Shown here: positions 29,574-39,404 of the stretch, in pieces
Layout: each line of letters opens with the position of its first letter
Numbering within the stretch: the first letter of the stretch is position 1
Assembly (NCBI GenBank): GCA_963718895.1
Contig: CAVRAG010000008.1
Location: 288,001-352,000, forward strand
Direction: 5' to 3'
Source of the DNA: an uncultured Nitrososphaerota archaeon
GTDB taxonomy: Archaea; Thermoproteota; Nitrososphaeria; Nitrososphaerales; Gagatemarchaeaceae
Length of the DNA stretch: 64,000 nucleotides
The notes under the pieces: generated by a model
Database searches by the model: none
Told to the model about the DNA's origin: nothing
Seen by the model: the letters and a program-made list of their open reading frames with translations, nothing else
Program-made: the position numbers and the translations under genes

Positions 29574-31032
29574 CTAGGCTGCCGGTTTCTTCGACCTAGA
29601 GCCCGCTACGAGGTACCCGATGGCGAGCCCGACGATCAGGAGGACCACCATTGCACCATAGGCCCAAGCCGGGACTCCCGAGGACGAACTGCCAGTGCCT
29701 GTCGAAGTCACTGTAGCCGTTGTGGTGGAGACCGATGTGGCGACCGAGGTTATGGTTGTTGGCAGCGTCGTCGTGCTCGATCACCGTCGAAGTGACGGCC
29801 GACGCGGGCGTGTAGGAGAAGGTCGAATTTGCGTGGAAGGATCCGTATGTGGCCTTCACGGAGTACGTGCCGCTCACCCAGAGGCTGTTGACTCCGGGGT
29901 GGAACGTGTCATTGAACGCTCCGTTCGATGCCACCGTGGCGCTGTCAGCGAACACTACGGCGCCCGCAGGGTTCGTTATAGTCAGAGTGACTAGGTAGCC
30001 GTAGGTGGCACCAGTCAGAGTGCCGGATATGGTACCGGTCGGAGTCCCCACGTAGCTGCCGGAATTCGTGGAGACGGAGACCGCCGTGACGGGCGAAGTG
30101 AACGTCGACGTGGAGGACGAAGAGGTCGTCGTGCTTCCGGATGAGGAAGAGGTCGTGCTTGTGGATGCTGACGAACTGGTCGTGCTCGAGGACGAACTTG
30201 TGGTCGAGCTGGAGCTGGACTTTGTCGAGCTGGTGGTTGTCGAGCTTGTGGTGGTACTAGATGTCGAACTGGTGGTCGAGCTTGTGGTGGTCGAAGACGT
30301 AGTGCTGCTGGACGTGGTCGAGCTGGAGGTTGTTGTTACTCCGCAGGTAGTGCAGGCGCTGCCGCTGAAGGTCAACACGTATGAGGCCATGTCGGTCGCG
30401 CCGTGGTCTCCTGGATTGTTGAATTCGCCGACGGCGAAGCCGAGCTCAATCGTGGAGCCTACACCCAACTTTGGAAAGTCGTAGGGAGAGGCGCCAGAGA
30501 GCGTGAAGGGTCGATAGCACTCGGCCGTGTACACGCCGCTCGCTACCGTCAGACCGCACACAGATTGGGTCTTGTATCCCAGCGACTCTACTGTCGAAGG
30601 AGTCTGCTCGCCGGCGCTGACGAACTCGTCAACGTTTCCCTTGAACGAGGGGCTGGCGAGTATCATTATGGTGGGTGTGGAAGGCCCTCCCATCACCTGT
30701 GTGTTGTTGAGGTAACCGATCTCTATTCCACCGAAGCAGTTCGTGTCACTGCAGTAGAAGGGAGATGACTTCCAGGTCATGAGGAAGAGCCATCCCGATA
30801 CGTTCTGTTTTACCGCGAAGGTGATTCCCGAGGTCGGATCCGTGAGCACCGCGGTGTCCGTCCATTGGGAAGCTGAATAAGTTCCGTGAACGTTGACGGC
30901 AATCGTGGACTTGTAGCCGGTCACCGTCGTGGGCGCGCCCATGGCCGCACCTACCGACATGGCCGACACTAGTGCCATCAGGACCATGATAGCAGAAATC
31001 CTAGAAACGCTGAGTTTGGGTTTGTTAAGCAA
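29574..31032 (-). CDS. Secreted DOMON-like protein with Ser/Thr stalk, Ig-like domain and C-terminal TM anchor; frameshift near 29780
   Basis: Signal peptide, QVMGG...NNPGDHGA, long S/T tract; the shifted frame gives VPAWAYGAMVVLLIVGLAIGYLVAGSRSKKPAA-stop at 29574. Confidence 0.7.
30110..30340 (-). repeat. Low-complexity Ser/Thr-coding tract
   Basis: TTTSSSTTSSSTTSS... about 75 aa. Confidence 0.8.
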
Positions 31033-31081
31033 TTTTGCTCTAGCTTCCCGTGCTTGCTGCCGTAATTAAAGGCAGAGGACA

Positions 31082-31099
31082 ATTCTCAAAGATGAGAAT
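31082..31099. promoter_or_regulatory. Palindromic operator
   Basis: ATTCTCAaagaTGAGAAT, 11 bp from minus-strand TTTAATTA. Confidence 0.8.
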
Positions 31100-31776
31100 G
31101 GAATTTCGAGGCCTCGGAATCCAGGGAGGTAGCAACCCGGCACCCGTCCAGCTTCCTATTGACAGCTCCAAGCCAACGAGTGAGACGTCCGCGTGGACGA
31201 GCCGTTCTCTTGGAGGGGCCAATGCGCAAGCTCCTCACGTCCGAATGAAGAGAGCTCAAGGAGTGGAGAACTGGCGCTCGATCCGCAGCGGGAGGACCCG
31301 AATTCTCTTGCGAACGAAGAAGACGATATGATCTCTTTCCATCGAGCCCACGGCATCGATCTAAGGAACGGAGGCCGCGCACTGAGGTTCCGGCGCCATA
31401 GTCTCAGTTTTCTGTGAGGTCGCACCCGCGCGACCGAATTCGCACGCTATCCGGAGACACTGACGACTCGCGCTCTACGCGACCATGCAGAATCGCGTGC
31501 CGACGGGAGTGGAACCTGTTTCAGCCCCGCCTCTTCCGCGCCATAGCGTAGGCCAGGGTTGCGCGATTCTGAAGACGGTGTCCAACGTCGGTTGTTGTGG
31601 CTCAGTTAAGATGATCGTCGTGTGGTAGCGCCCGGGAGAGGTCGGCAGAAGAAGCTGCGACCCTTGAATCGGCAGAAATCCTCCTGCTGTTCACACGTAA
31701 CCCGCATCCGAGAATCGGGGACGCCTGATGCGGACTAGCATCCCCACGACGCCGGCCTCGCAAATCCGCTGGAGCT

Positions 31777-32412
31777 CTAGCTCGGGGCGGCCTTCGGTTT
31801 CGGAGCCCTGAGGTACGCTATCAGGGCGACTACGATGCCTACGACGACCAGAGCCGCGGTGATTTCGATGTCGACCGCCTGGACAGTGAACGTGCTCCAG
31901 CTGAAGGAGAGCGCCGAGTAGATCGGCTGGAATCCAGACTCCCCGAGCGTGATCTCAGCGCCCATCGACGCGGTCAGCGAGGTGAAGACGAATCCCAAGA
32001 CGGCCGTGAGCAGGTAGACCAAGTAGAGCCCTGTTCGCTTCCACACTCCGGACCCGAACCAGTACCTGAGGAAGAAGAAAGCAGCCCAGAAGAAGAGCGA
32101 TCCAAGGGCGAACAGGGACTTGTTGATCAGCAATGGCTGGGAGACCAGCGTCGAGTAAGGATAGATCAGGTAGCCCGTGACTCCCGAGAGGATCAGGAAC
32201 AGAACGGCCGCGAACGAGCCTACGTATGCGATCACGTCAGACGCGGTTCGTATGTTCTGGACGCGGGGCGAGGCAACCTTCCCTCTCGACGCGATGTCAG
32301 CCAGGACCCTCACTGCCAGTGCCAGCATGATGAAGACTATGATGCCGCTGTGCTCCTCGACCACGAGGGAGTGCCAGATGTTGATTGGAACGCCGAAGAC
32401 TTCCATTTCCAT
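31777..32412 (-). CDS. Five-TM membrane protein, DUF2231-like (possible heme b carrier)
   Basis: WHSLVVEEHSG near the N-terminus, ILSGVTGY, LTASMGAEIT; coupled to the upstream DOMON-like gene. Confidence 0.6.
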   Translation of the reverse strand: MEMEVFGVPINIWHSLVVEEHSGIIVFIMLALAVRVLADIASRGKVASPRVQNIRTASDVIAYVGSFAAVLFLILSGVTGYLIYPYSTLVSQPLLINKSLFALGSLFFWAAFFFLRYWFGSGVWKRTGLYLVYLLTAVLGFVFTSLTASMGAEITLGESGFQPIYSALSFSWSTFTVQAVDIEITAALVVVGIVVALIAYLRAPKPKAAPS

Positions 32413-33335
32413 CAGCTCCTTTGGTACCTCATCATCACAATCAGCAGGAAGACGCTAAAGCCGATCACCACTATGGCCAGTTCCTCCCAGTAGTTTGAGA
32501 CGCTCGGACCGGAGGGAGTGGTCTGGCTCGAGGTGGAAGTCTGAGAGGTCGTGGACGTGGTCGTGGTGGAGGTCGTGGAAGTGGATGACAGGCTCGACCC
32601 TGTCGATGCTGAGCTCCCCGTGCCTGACGAGGAACTTGTGGTGGTCGTCGACGTGGTAGCTGCAGGCCCCAAGACCAGCGTGTACGAGTTCATGTTTGTC
32701 GCCGCGTGCTGACCAGGATTGGCAAAAGCGCCTACCGCGAACCCGATCTCTATCGAAGAGCCTGCAACGAGGGCAGGAAACGGATCATATGGAGAGGCGC
32801 CGTTAAGCTTGAACGGCCTGTAGCACTGGGCGGTGTAGGTCGACCCGGAGAGGGCCAGGGAACAGGTGGATTGCGATTTGTAGCCGTGGGATTCCACGGT
32901 CGAAGGCGTTACTGCGCCCGCTGATATGAATTCGTCAAAGTTACCTTTGAAGGAGGGGCTCGCGAGGACCATGATGGTAGGAGTCAGTGCTGAACCCATC
33001 TCGGCGGTGTTATTCAGGAACCCCAGTTCTACGCCCCCAAAACAGGATTGACTCGAGCACATGAGACCTCCGTTCGCCCACTGCATCAAGAAGAGAAGCC
33101 CGGTCGAGTTGTACTTGAACGCCACAGTCATGCCCGCCGTGGATACCGTGATCATCTGGGTATCGGTCCATTCACTCGGGGAGTACGGGGCGCCGATGTT
33201 CACCGGGATCTGCGCCGATGTCGCGGTGATGGCCGTAGCCGTCTGGGCCCTCGCCTGCTGGACGGGCGCCACGGAGAGCAGAACAAGGAACATGATTGTG
33301 ACCGGAGCAATGAGACTCCATTTGCGGATAGCCAA
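32412..33335 (-). CDS. Secreted DOMON-like protein with Ser/Thr linker and C-terminal TM anchor
   Basis: Paralog of the 29574..31032 head domain (TAEMGS...PTIM, FANPGQHAA). Confidence 0.7.
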   Translation of the reverse strand: MAIRKWSLIAPVTIMFLVLLSVAPVQQARAQTATAITATSAQIPVNIGAPYSPSEWTDTQMITVSTAGMTVAFKYNSTGLLFLMQWANGGLMCSSQSCFGGVELGFLNNTAEMGSALTPTIMVLASPSFKGNFDEFISAGAVTPSTVESHGYKSQSTCSLALSGSTYTAQCYRPFKLNGASPYDPFPALVAGSSIEIGFAVGAFANPGQHAATNMNSYTLVLGPAATTSTTTTSSSSGTGSSASTGSSLSSTSTTSTTTTSTTSQTSTSSQTTPSGPSVSNYWEELAIVVIGFSVFLLIVMMRYQRS

Positions 33336-33386
33336 GCAACTCGCTTGGGGCTCGTCTTACCGTTGACTAAATAAACACCGACACCG

Positions 33387-33404
33387 ATTCTCAGGCTTGA
33401 GAAT
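33387..33404. promoter_or_regulatory. Palindromic operator
   Basis: ATTCTCAggctTGAGAAT, 11 bp from minus-strand TTTATTTA. Confidence 0.8.
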
Positions 33405-33581
33405 CACAAGACAGTCGTTCAGCGCTTCCGCCCGGCCTGGAGGACGCACTGTCCAATGGATCCTCGCTTCGCCGAGGACAACCTCTGGTACAGTGACCTG
33501 CGAGACAAATCCGTGATCGGTGGGCCGAGCGACGAGAGGAGGTGCGAAAATGCGACTGGTCGCCGACCCTCGGCGCGACGG

Positions 33582-35169
33582 CTACCGCATCTTCAGGTAC
33601 CTGTCGTTTCCTCGCGCGTCGACCGCATGCACAGTGCACGCCAGGCACAGGTCGAATGACCGTATCACGTAGGCCGTCTGTCGCAAGTCATCATCAGTTC
33701 CGGCGCTTCCCACAGGCGTACCCACAAGCGCACCCTCCATAGGCCCGTTCGGGCAGACGTTCCAGGTCGTTGGCGCTATCACCTGATAGTTGTCGACCTT
33801 CTGATTCTTTATGCTTATCCAGTGCAGCAGGGAACCTCTCGGTGCTTCCAAAAGGCCGATTCCCGTGGCCTGGCCAGGGTTCTGATAGGAGGGGTTGTAG
33901 GATGACGAGCCTACATCCATGGCTTTGAGCCAGAACTCCATCAAGCCCGATTGGGGCAGTCCGAGTGCGTTCAGGACATCAACCAGCGACAGGTTCAGGT
34001 TCTGTCCGAGGACCTGGAGGTTCGGGGTCGTGTTGTTGGAACCGACCAGGGCCACGAGTTCGACCGCCCTCGCGACCATCCTGTCGAAGACCGAACCCAT
34101 CGGGTTGAGCGGCAGTCCGGGGACGCCTGGGATGATTCCGTGGATGACCTGCCCGAGCTTCGGGTATATGCCAGAGACGTACTCTCGCGCGAGAGGCCCT
34201 GACTCGCAGAACTGACCGCTGTACTTTGGAGCCTTCCCCCAGGTGTACGCTTGGGAGTTCGTCATGTCTGGGACAGGTGTCTGCTCTCCTATCACAGGCT
34301 CCGGTGTCGGCTGATCGTACCAAGAGAGGGAGGTATCTTCTGTGATTTGGGTCGGGTCGAAGGGGACGGGTGTGGTGCTCGGGCTCAGTATGACTCCTCT
34401 AGGAAGTGTCAGTGGCATGTTGCTCGTGCGGCTGGACGTGGTAGGGTCCTGGAATGCACCCATCGCGACGAAGCTTCCCGACCCGCTTCCAAGGGCAGCC
34501 AGCGAAGCCGCGTTGGCGGTGAAGTAGTTCCAGATCGACCGGGGCCGCGATGTCGAGCGTCGTCCTGAACGTGGCAATTCTCGACAGCGTCTGCTCGATC
34601 ACGTCGGCGGTCGGCCTGACAGGGTTTCCTCCAGGTATCGAGCCCCTCTGGTGGGGCGCCTTCCCGCCCCAGAGCGTGATTATCTGGTGCATCAACGCCT
34701 GGGCAGGGATTATCACTACCCTCAGGAGATCCGCGTAACTGTTCACGACTATCGACTTCGAGAGCACGTCGAGAAGGCCGTAGAGCTTGTAGTCGGGTCC
34801 CGCGAGCGCCAGAATGTGGGCCGCATGCGAGTACGTCCAGTCAGCACCGAGGATGACGTTACGGGCGAGCACTGCGTTCGCCGGCAGGGATGTCGTCTCG
34901 TTCGCATAGCCGTTGGTGTACTGGGTCATACCCGCAGCGTTCTCGACCGCCCTGACCGAAGCGATGTGGTGGTCGCTGTGACAGACTCCGCAGATGGCGG
35001 AGAGTATGGGCGCGCAGTCCCTGGGATCCCTGTTGAGGACTATGTTCTCGAACCCTCGGTACATGGACGCGGTGTTTCTCGCGGTCTTCACGGCACCGTT
35101 CTCGACGTCGAGCTCCAGCTTGAGGTGGCCTTCGATTCTAGTTACAGGATCGATGATGATTGTCGGCAT
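33582..35169 (-). CDS. [NiFe]-hydrogenase large subunit (group 1-type), frameshift near 34540
   Basis: DPVTRIEGH, YRGFE, L1 SAICGVCHSDH, EAPRG, PTTWN, L2 RSFDLCLACTVH plus cleavable tail. Confidence 0.92.
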
Positions 35170-36094
35170 CAGTTTCCACCCTCCGCCTTGAGCCTCTCGA
35201 GTTCGAGAGGGTGTTGGTCGCGCATCTCTTCCTCAGATAGCGTTCCTGTCAGAAATACTTTGTTCATCGGGAATTCGCGTGGGTTCCAGTGTGTCTGATA
35301 GAAATGGAATACCAGGAGAAAGAGCACGGCGAGCATCGCCTCGTCGGTATGAAAGACGAAGGGGAGACCGTCGAGGAAGGTGGAACCATACGCCCAGAGG
35401 ATGACTCCGGGGACAGCCAATATTATCATGCCCCAGTATATGCCCCAGTAGTCGAACTTCTGACCATAATCGTACTTTCCGTACTTCGGTCCTTCCTTGG
35501 CCCACCCCAGCATGTGCTTCATGTTCTGTATGGCGTCGGTGATGTCACCCTTACCGATCATTATGGGCAACGGTGCAGGTTCGCCACGAGCGCGCCTTGC
35601 GAGATACTGCGCGGTGTAAAACCCAAAGTGGTAGAGTACGAGCGCGCCGAGGAATAGTGCAGCCAAGAGGTGGACGTCCATGCTAATCGCCAGACCGCCC
35701 ATCGCGTTGATGACAACGCGCCCCACGCCTCGTAGTACAGCTGCGCGAAACCCGTCACCGCCAGGATTGCGGTGGACGTGAACAGCCAAATGTGCTGCAC
35801 CCTCTGGTTCAGGTCGAACCTCTTGACCTTAGGTCCCTCGACGCGCCTTCCCACGCCGCTGGCGGCTTTGTAGACGAGGTCCAGTCCGTTATGGAAGATC
35901 GCGAACAGGATGAGGCCGGTTATGAGAAGCTCAAAGAACAGATTCACGAGATAGGGGAGACCCAGCGACCAAGGAGTGGTGAGAATCGGGCTTACGACGT
36001 CGAAGACCAGCCATGAGAAGGCGATTCCGGCGACCATCGCGAAGACGACAATGCTTTCCAGGTTCTTGCCCGAGAACGGATGATTCACGGCCAA
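35169..36094 (-). CDS. Hydrogenase/formate dehydrogenase-type cytochrome b subunit, frameshift near 35715
   Basis: RFDLNQRVQH, DVH, LYH, GKYDYGQKFDYW, FH...VFHFY. Confidence 0.85.
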
Positions 36095-37279
36095 TCACCC
36101 CTTGGGGGGTGCGTCGGTCGCCGTCTTCTCCTCCTTCTTGGCCTCCTCTCCCTTCTTCGACTTCATGGCGAGGCCGACTGCCAGACCGGCGCCCACGACC
36201 AGGGCGGCACCGCCGGCGAGTTCGAGCGTCGGGATGTCGACACCAGGGAAGTGCGGGACCGCTTCAAAGAACGAACTTGTGGGAGGGTCAGGAAAGTTCG
36301 GATGCATGCACCCCCAGCACATCGGGCCGGCCTGGGTGCAGAAGCTTAATCCGCCGTTCCACTTTGTCTCCGCACAAGCGGACACGGTTATCGGACCTTT
36401 GCACCCCAGATCCCAGAGACACTCGGGGTCGTCGAAGTTCGACGCGAACTGCCCTGCGTCATAGTAACCCCTTCTGGGGCAGGTTTCGTGTATGTAGCGG
36501 TTGAAGAACGCGGTCGGTCGTCCGAGGTCGTCCAGATCTGGTGCGAAGCCCTGGAGGACGGAGGCGAGCGTTATGAGCGTCCAGTCTGGGTGGGCGGGAC
36601 AGCCCGCAAGATTCACTACTGGGTTCTTGGTGGTCACACCTGCCATCTTCAGAGCTTCGGTCACGGGGACCGCGCCGGTCAGGTTGCCTTTGCCCGCGGG
36701 AATGCCGCCAAAGGACGAACACTGTCCCACTGCGATGACCCAGCTCGCTTTCGCGGCCAGCTTCTGTAGGAGCGTATAGGCGTTCACGTCATGGCCGTCG
36801 TACTGCCCGATCTTGCAGAAGTCACCCTGCGACCCTCCTTTGGGCGTCCCCAACTGAGGGGTTCCCTCGACCACGAGGACGTCGACTGGAGCGTCTCCGA
36901 AGGCAGCGTTCATGAGCGGCACCTGGGATTGGTCTTCCGTCGTCATGCCCGCGGTTACCCAGCCGGAACCACCAAGCTGGTAGTCAGGCGACATGAACGT
37001 GTCCCAGAAGTCGGCTGAGATGCTGAGGTTCTGGGCTGCTTCTATCAGGTCTGGGTTGGATGCCTGGAGCATGGAGACGGTGCAGCCCGAATCTCCGCCC
37101 ATGGGGAGCCAGATTAGGTGCACGTTCCCCCCGTTCTGCTGGGCGACCTGGGCAAGGGCCTGCTTGATTCCGGCAGAATAGTAGGTCACTACCGCCCCGG
37201 CTCCCATGAACGCGCACAGCTTCAGAAAATCACGCCTTGCGAATTTCGCCTTCGTTATTCCCGGCTTTTGCATAGCCAT
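36095..37279 (-). CDS. [NiFe]-hydrogenase small subunit with Tat signal and C-terminal TM anchor
   Basis: RRDFLK, DSGCT, VEG, GQCSSFGG, GCPAHP, IHETCPRR, CLWDLGCKGP, CTQAGPMCWGC. Confidence 0.92.
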   Translation of the reverse strand: MAMQKPGITKAKFARRDFLKLCAFMGAGAVVTYYSAGIKQALAQVAQQNGGNVHLIWLPMGGDSGCTVSMLQASNPDLIEAAQNLSISADFWDTFMSPDYQLGGSGWVTAGMTTEDQSQVPLMNAAFGDAPVDVLVVEGTPQLGTPKGGSQGDFCKIGQYDGHDVNAYTLLQKLAAKASWVIAVGQCSSFGGIPAGKGNLTGAVPVTEALKMAGVTTKNPVVNLAGCPAHPDWTLITLASVLQGFAPDLDDLGRPTAFFNRYIHETCPRRGYYDAGQFASNFDDPECLWDLGCKGPITVSACAETKWNGGLSFCTQAGPMCWGCMHPNFPDPPTSSFFEAVPHFPGVDIPTLELAGGAALVVGAGLAVGLAMKSKKGEEAKKEEKTATDAPPKG

Positions 37280-37328
37280 GAATAATCATAAAAGATGCCT
37301 ATCGTCCACTATTTAACGATGTCCAACG

Positions 37329-37347
37329 ATTCTCAGAAAATGATAAT
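37329..37347. promoter_or_regulatory. Operator upstream of hydrogenase operon (5-bp spacer variant)
   Basis: ATTCTCAgaaaaTGATAAT, 11 bp from minus-strand GTTAAATA. Confidence 0.7.
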
Positions 37348-37563
37348 GCGCCTGCACCCGACCAAACCTGGCGCGATGAGGGGACCCCGGACGATGATTG
37401 GGCATGCGGACCGGCCGTGTCTCAATCGATTGATTGAACTTGGGGTGAATTGAACTATCGGACTAGCGCGCACTCGCGGCGACGGCCTGAATTCTGTGCT
37501 AACTCAAAGAGGCGCGCACGGAAACCGGCCAAAGGCGTGGGATTGCTCTTGAGGGTCGTGCGG

Positions 37564-38361
37564 TTAGCCGCGTCCTCCGACGGTCAGCCGTTGGATGAGA
37601 TCTCTGAGCGCGGCCGAGGTGCTATTGTGTCCCCTAAGAATCTTGACCAAACCCTGAGAATTCACCTTCGGCTCCAGGGGTATCTCAGCTATTATCCTCG
37701 AATGGAGCGCCTCCTCCAAGACCCTCTTGTTTGCCCTTCCAAAGGGGTGCGTCCTGTGCCCCCCAAGGCTCTCCGCGAAGGCCATGTTGAGGACTATGCC
37801 CTCGACCGGGACCCCCTCCGACTCCGCCAGCCTCCTCAGTCGGGAGACCACGCTTATCGCGTTCAGAGAAGGGGTGGTGACCAGAACAATGCTTGACTTG
37901 CCGGCGAAAAGGTCGAACGCGGAAAAGTGCTCATCTCCAGTGGAGGGAGGAAGGTCGACGACGAGATAGTCGAGCGCACCCCAGTCTGTGAGAGCCAGGA
38001 GGTGCGTTATGAAATCCTGCTTCTCTTCTCCACGCATCGGGACAGGATTGTTGCCCGCGAGCAACGCCACCGACATCACCTGCAAGCCCTTCGTCACCTT
38101 GGGTTGCAGGCCATTCTTGCTGCTCTTGAGGGGAGGCCTCACCTCGAGGTAGTTCGGAACGCTCGCACCATGTATGTCAATGTCGAGGATACCGGTTCGG
38201 TATCCTTTCTCAGATAGCAGCAATGCGATGGCACACGAGACGAAGCTCTTTCCAACGCCTCCCTTTCCGCTCCCCACCAGGATCACCTTCCCAAACTTGT
38301 CCACTCTCCTCCGCGCCTCCTGTTTCTGGAACGAAAATCGGCGCTTCTGGCTACTCTTCAT
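37564..38361 (-). CDS. Mrp/MinD-family ATPase, probable ATPase-type HypB partner of HypA
   Basis: SGKGGVGKS, DIDIHG, DYLVVDLPP; no central CxxC; overlaps hypA stop. Confidence 0.8.
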   Translation of the reverse strand: MKSSQKRRFSFQKQEARRRVDKFGKVILVGSGKGGVGKSFVSCAIALLLSEKGYRTGILDIDIHGASVPNYLEVRPPLKSSKNGLQPKVTKGLQVMSVALLAGNNPVPMRGEEKQDFITHLLALTDWGALDYLVVDLPPSTGDEHFSAFDLFAGKSSIVLVTTPSLNAISVVSRLRRLAESEGVPVEGIVLNMAFAESLGGHRTHPFGRANKRVLEEALHSRIIAEIPLEPKVNSQGLVKILRGHNSTSAALRDLIQRLTVGGRG

Positions 38362-38795
38362 TCCAAGACCAGCTTCCTGATTTGCACGTCCTCTCCCTCC
38401 GTCACCTCGACGTCGGAACTCCCGCACTTCGGACAGTGGATGAAGGCTGGGTAGAGGTAGGGGAGGAAGTGCAGCGGCAGTTCGTCGCTGTCGGGTTCCT
38501 CCACCAGGAGGTCCTCCGGCACGGCACCTAGCTGCCGCTTCGCCTCTTCCATGCCCCATCTCGACGAGCACCTTCGGCACTCAAATGCGGCACGTGTCAT
38601 CTCGATCCTGACATGACAGTCCTTGAATTTCCCGCCTGCCGTGAGCATCTTCAGCGCGTCTCCGAGCACCTTCATATCCACCTGCATCAACTCGCCCACG
38701 TCGACCCACAGTTCCTTCACTTTCTCCGCCTTGTGCTTGTCGGTCTCGGAGAGAGCGAAATCTGCTATGCTCTGGGCGACGCTTAGCTCGTGCAT
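38358..38795 (-). CDS. hypA: Hydrogenase nickel metallochaperone HypA (long-insert archaeal type)
   Basis: MHELSVA, CRRC...LHFLP...CPKCGS. Confidence 0.92.
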   Translation of the reverse strand: MHELSVAQSIADFALSETDKHKAEKVKELWVDVGELMQVDMKVLGDALKMLTAGGKFKDCHVRIEMTRAAFECRRCSSRWGMEEAKRQLGAVPEDLLVEEPDSDELPLHFLPYLYPAFIHCPKCGSSDVEVTEGEDVQIRKLVLE

Positions 38796-38897
38796 CTTCA
38801 ACCAATAACTTGGAGACCTCCGTATTTGAGCCTTTGAATGGATCTGCACGGGTGGTTAGGGAAAAGGTAAAATCATACTGAGAGGCGAATACGCGAG

Positions 38898-39404
38898 ATG
38901 ACTTGGACCGCCGAGCAAGATCCTGACCTTTCTCAGGTGCCGGTCGAAGGAAAGAGCGTCGTCATAGGCCTCGGCAATCCCTACATGAAGGATGACGGAG
39001 TCGGGATCGAGGTGGCGAGAGAGCTCGGACGTCGAGCCCTCGGGCCCGAAGTCCTCGTATTTGAATATCAGACACTGGAACTGTCTCTCCTCTGGCAGTT
39101 CAGAGGCGCTTCAAAGATAGTCATCGTCGACGCAATGAGGTCCGGAGGGAGGGTCGGAACGGTCACTACGCACGCAATCGCGCCCAGAGATGGACCTCTA
39201 GTCGACCTGCCCGGCCTGCACTCCCTACAGCTGTACGACATGTTCGACCTTGCAAACCAGTCTGGAACGCTTCCCTGTCCGGTGACCATTGTAGGGGTGG
39301 AGCCCTCGGACACCAACCCTGGTGAGGGGCTTACAGAACTAGTCTCGGCCGCCGTGATGCCCGCCGCAGACACTGTTGTTCATGCACTCTATGGTAGACC
39401 CTAG
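38898..39404 (+). CDS. Hydrogenase maturation endopeptidase
   Basis: VIGLGNPYMKDDGVG, IVIVDA, LH, IVGVEP. Confidence 0.9.
   Translation: MTWTAEQDPDLSQVPVEGKSVVIGLGNPYMKDDGVGIEVARELGRRALGPEVLVFEYQTLELSLLWQFRGASKIVIVDAMRSGGRVGTVTTHAIAPRDGPLVDLPGLHSLQLYDMFDLANQSGTLPCPVTIVGVEPSDTNPGEGLTELVSAAVMPAADTVVHALYGRP

Noticed and set aside
30068-30484. Val/Glu/Leu-rich plus-strand ORF
   Set aside because: Antisense shadow of the Ser/Thr stalk
33600-33660. Selenocysteine ([NiFeSe]) hydrogenase
   Set aside because: L2 codons are TGC cysteines with no in-frame TGA
13371-36094. Programmed frameshifting or true pseudogenisation of epimerase, BBE, DOMON and hydrogenase genes
   Set aside because: Scattered single indels with no shared slippery motif in otherwise conserved genes are better explained by long-read errors; needs reads to settle
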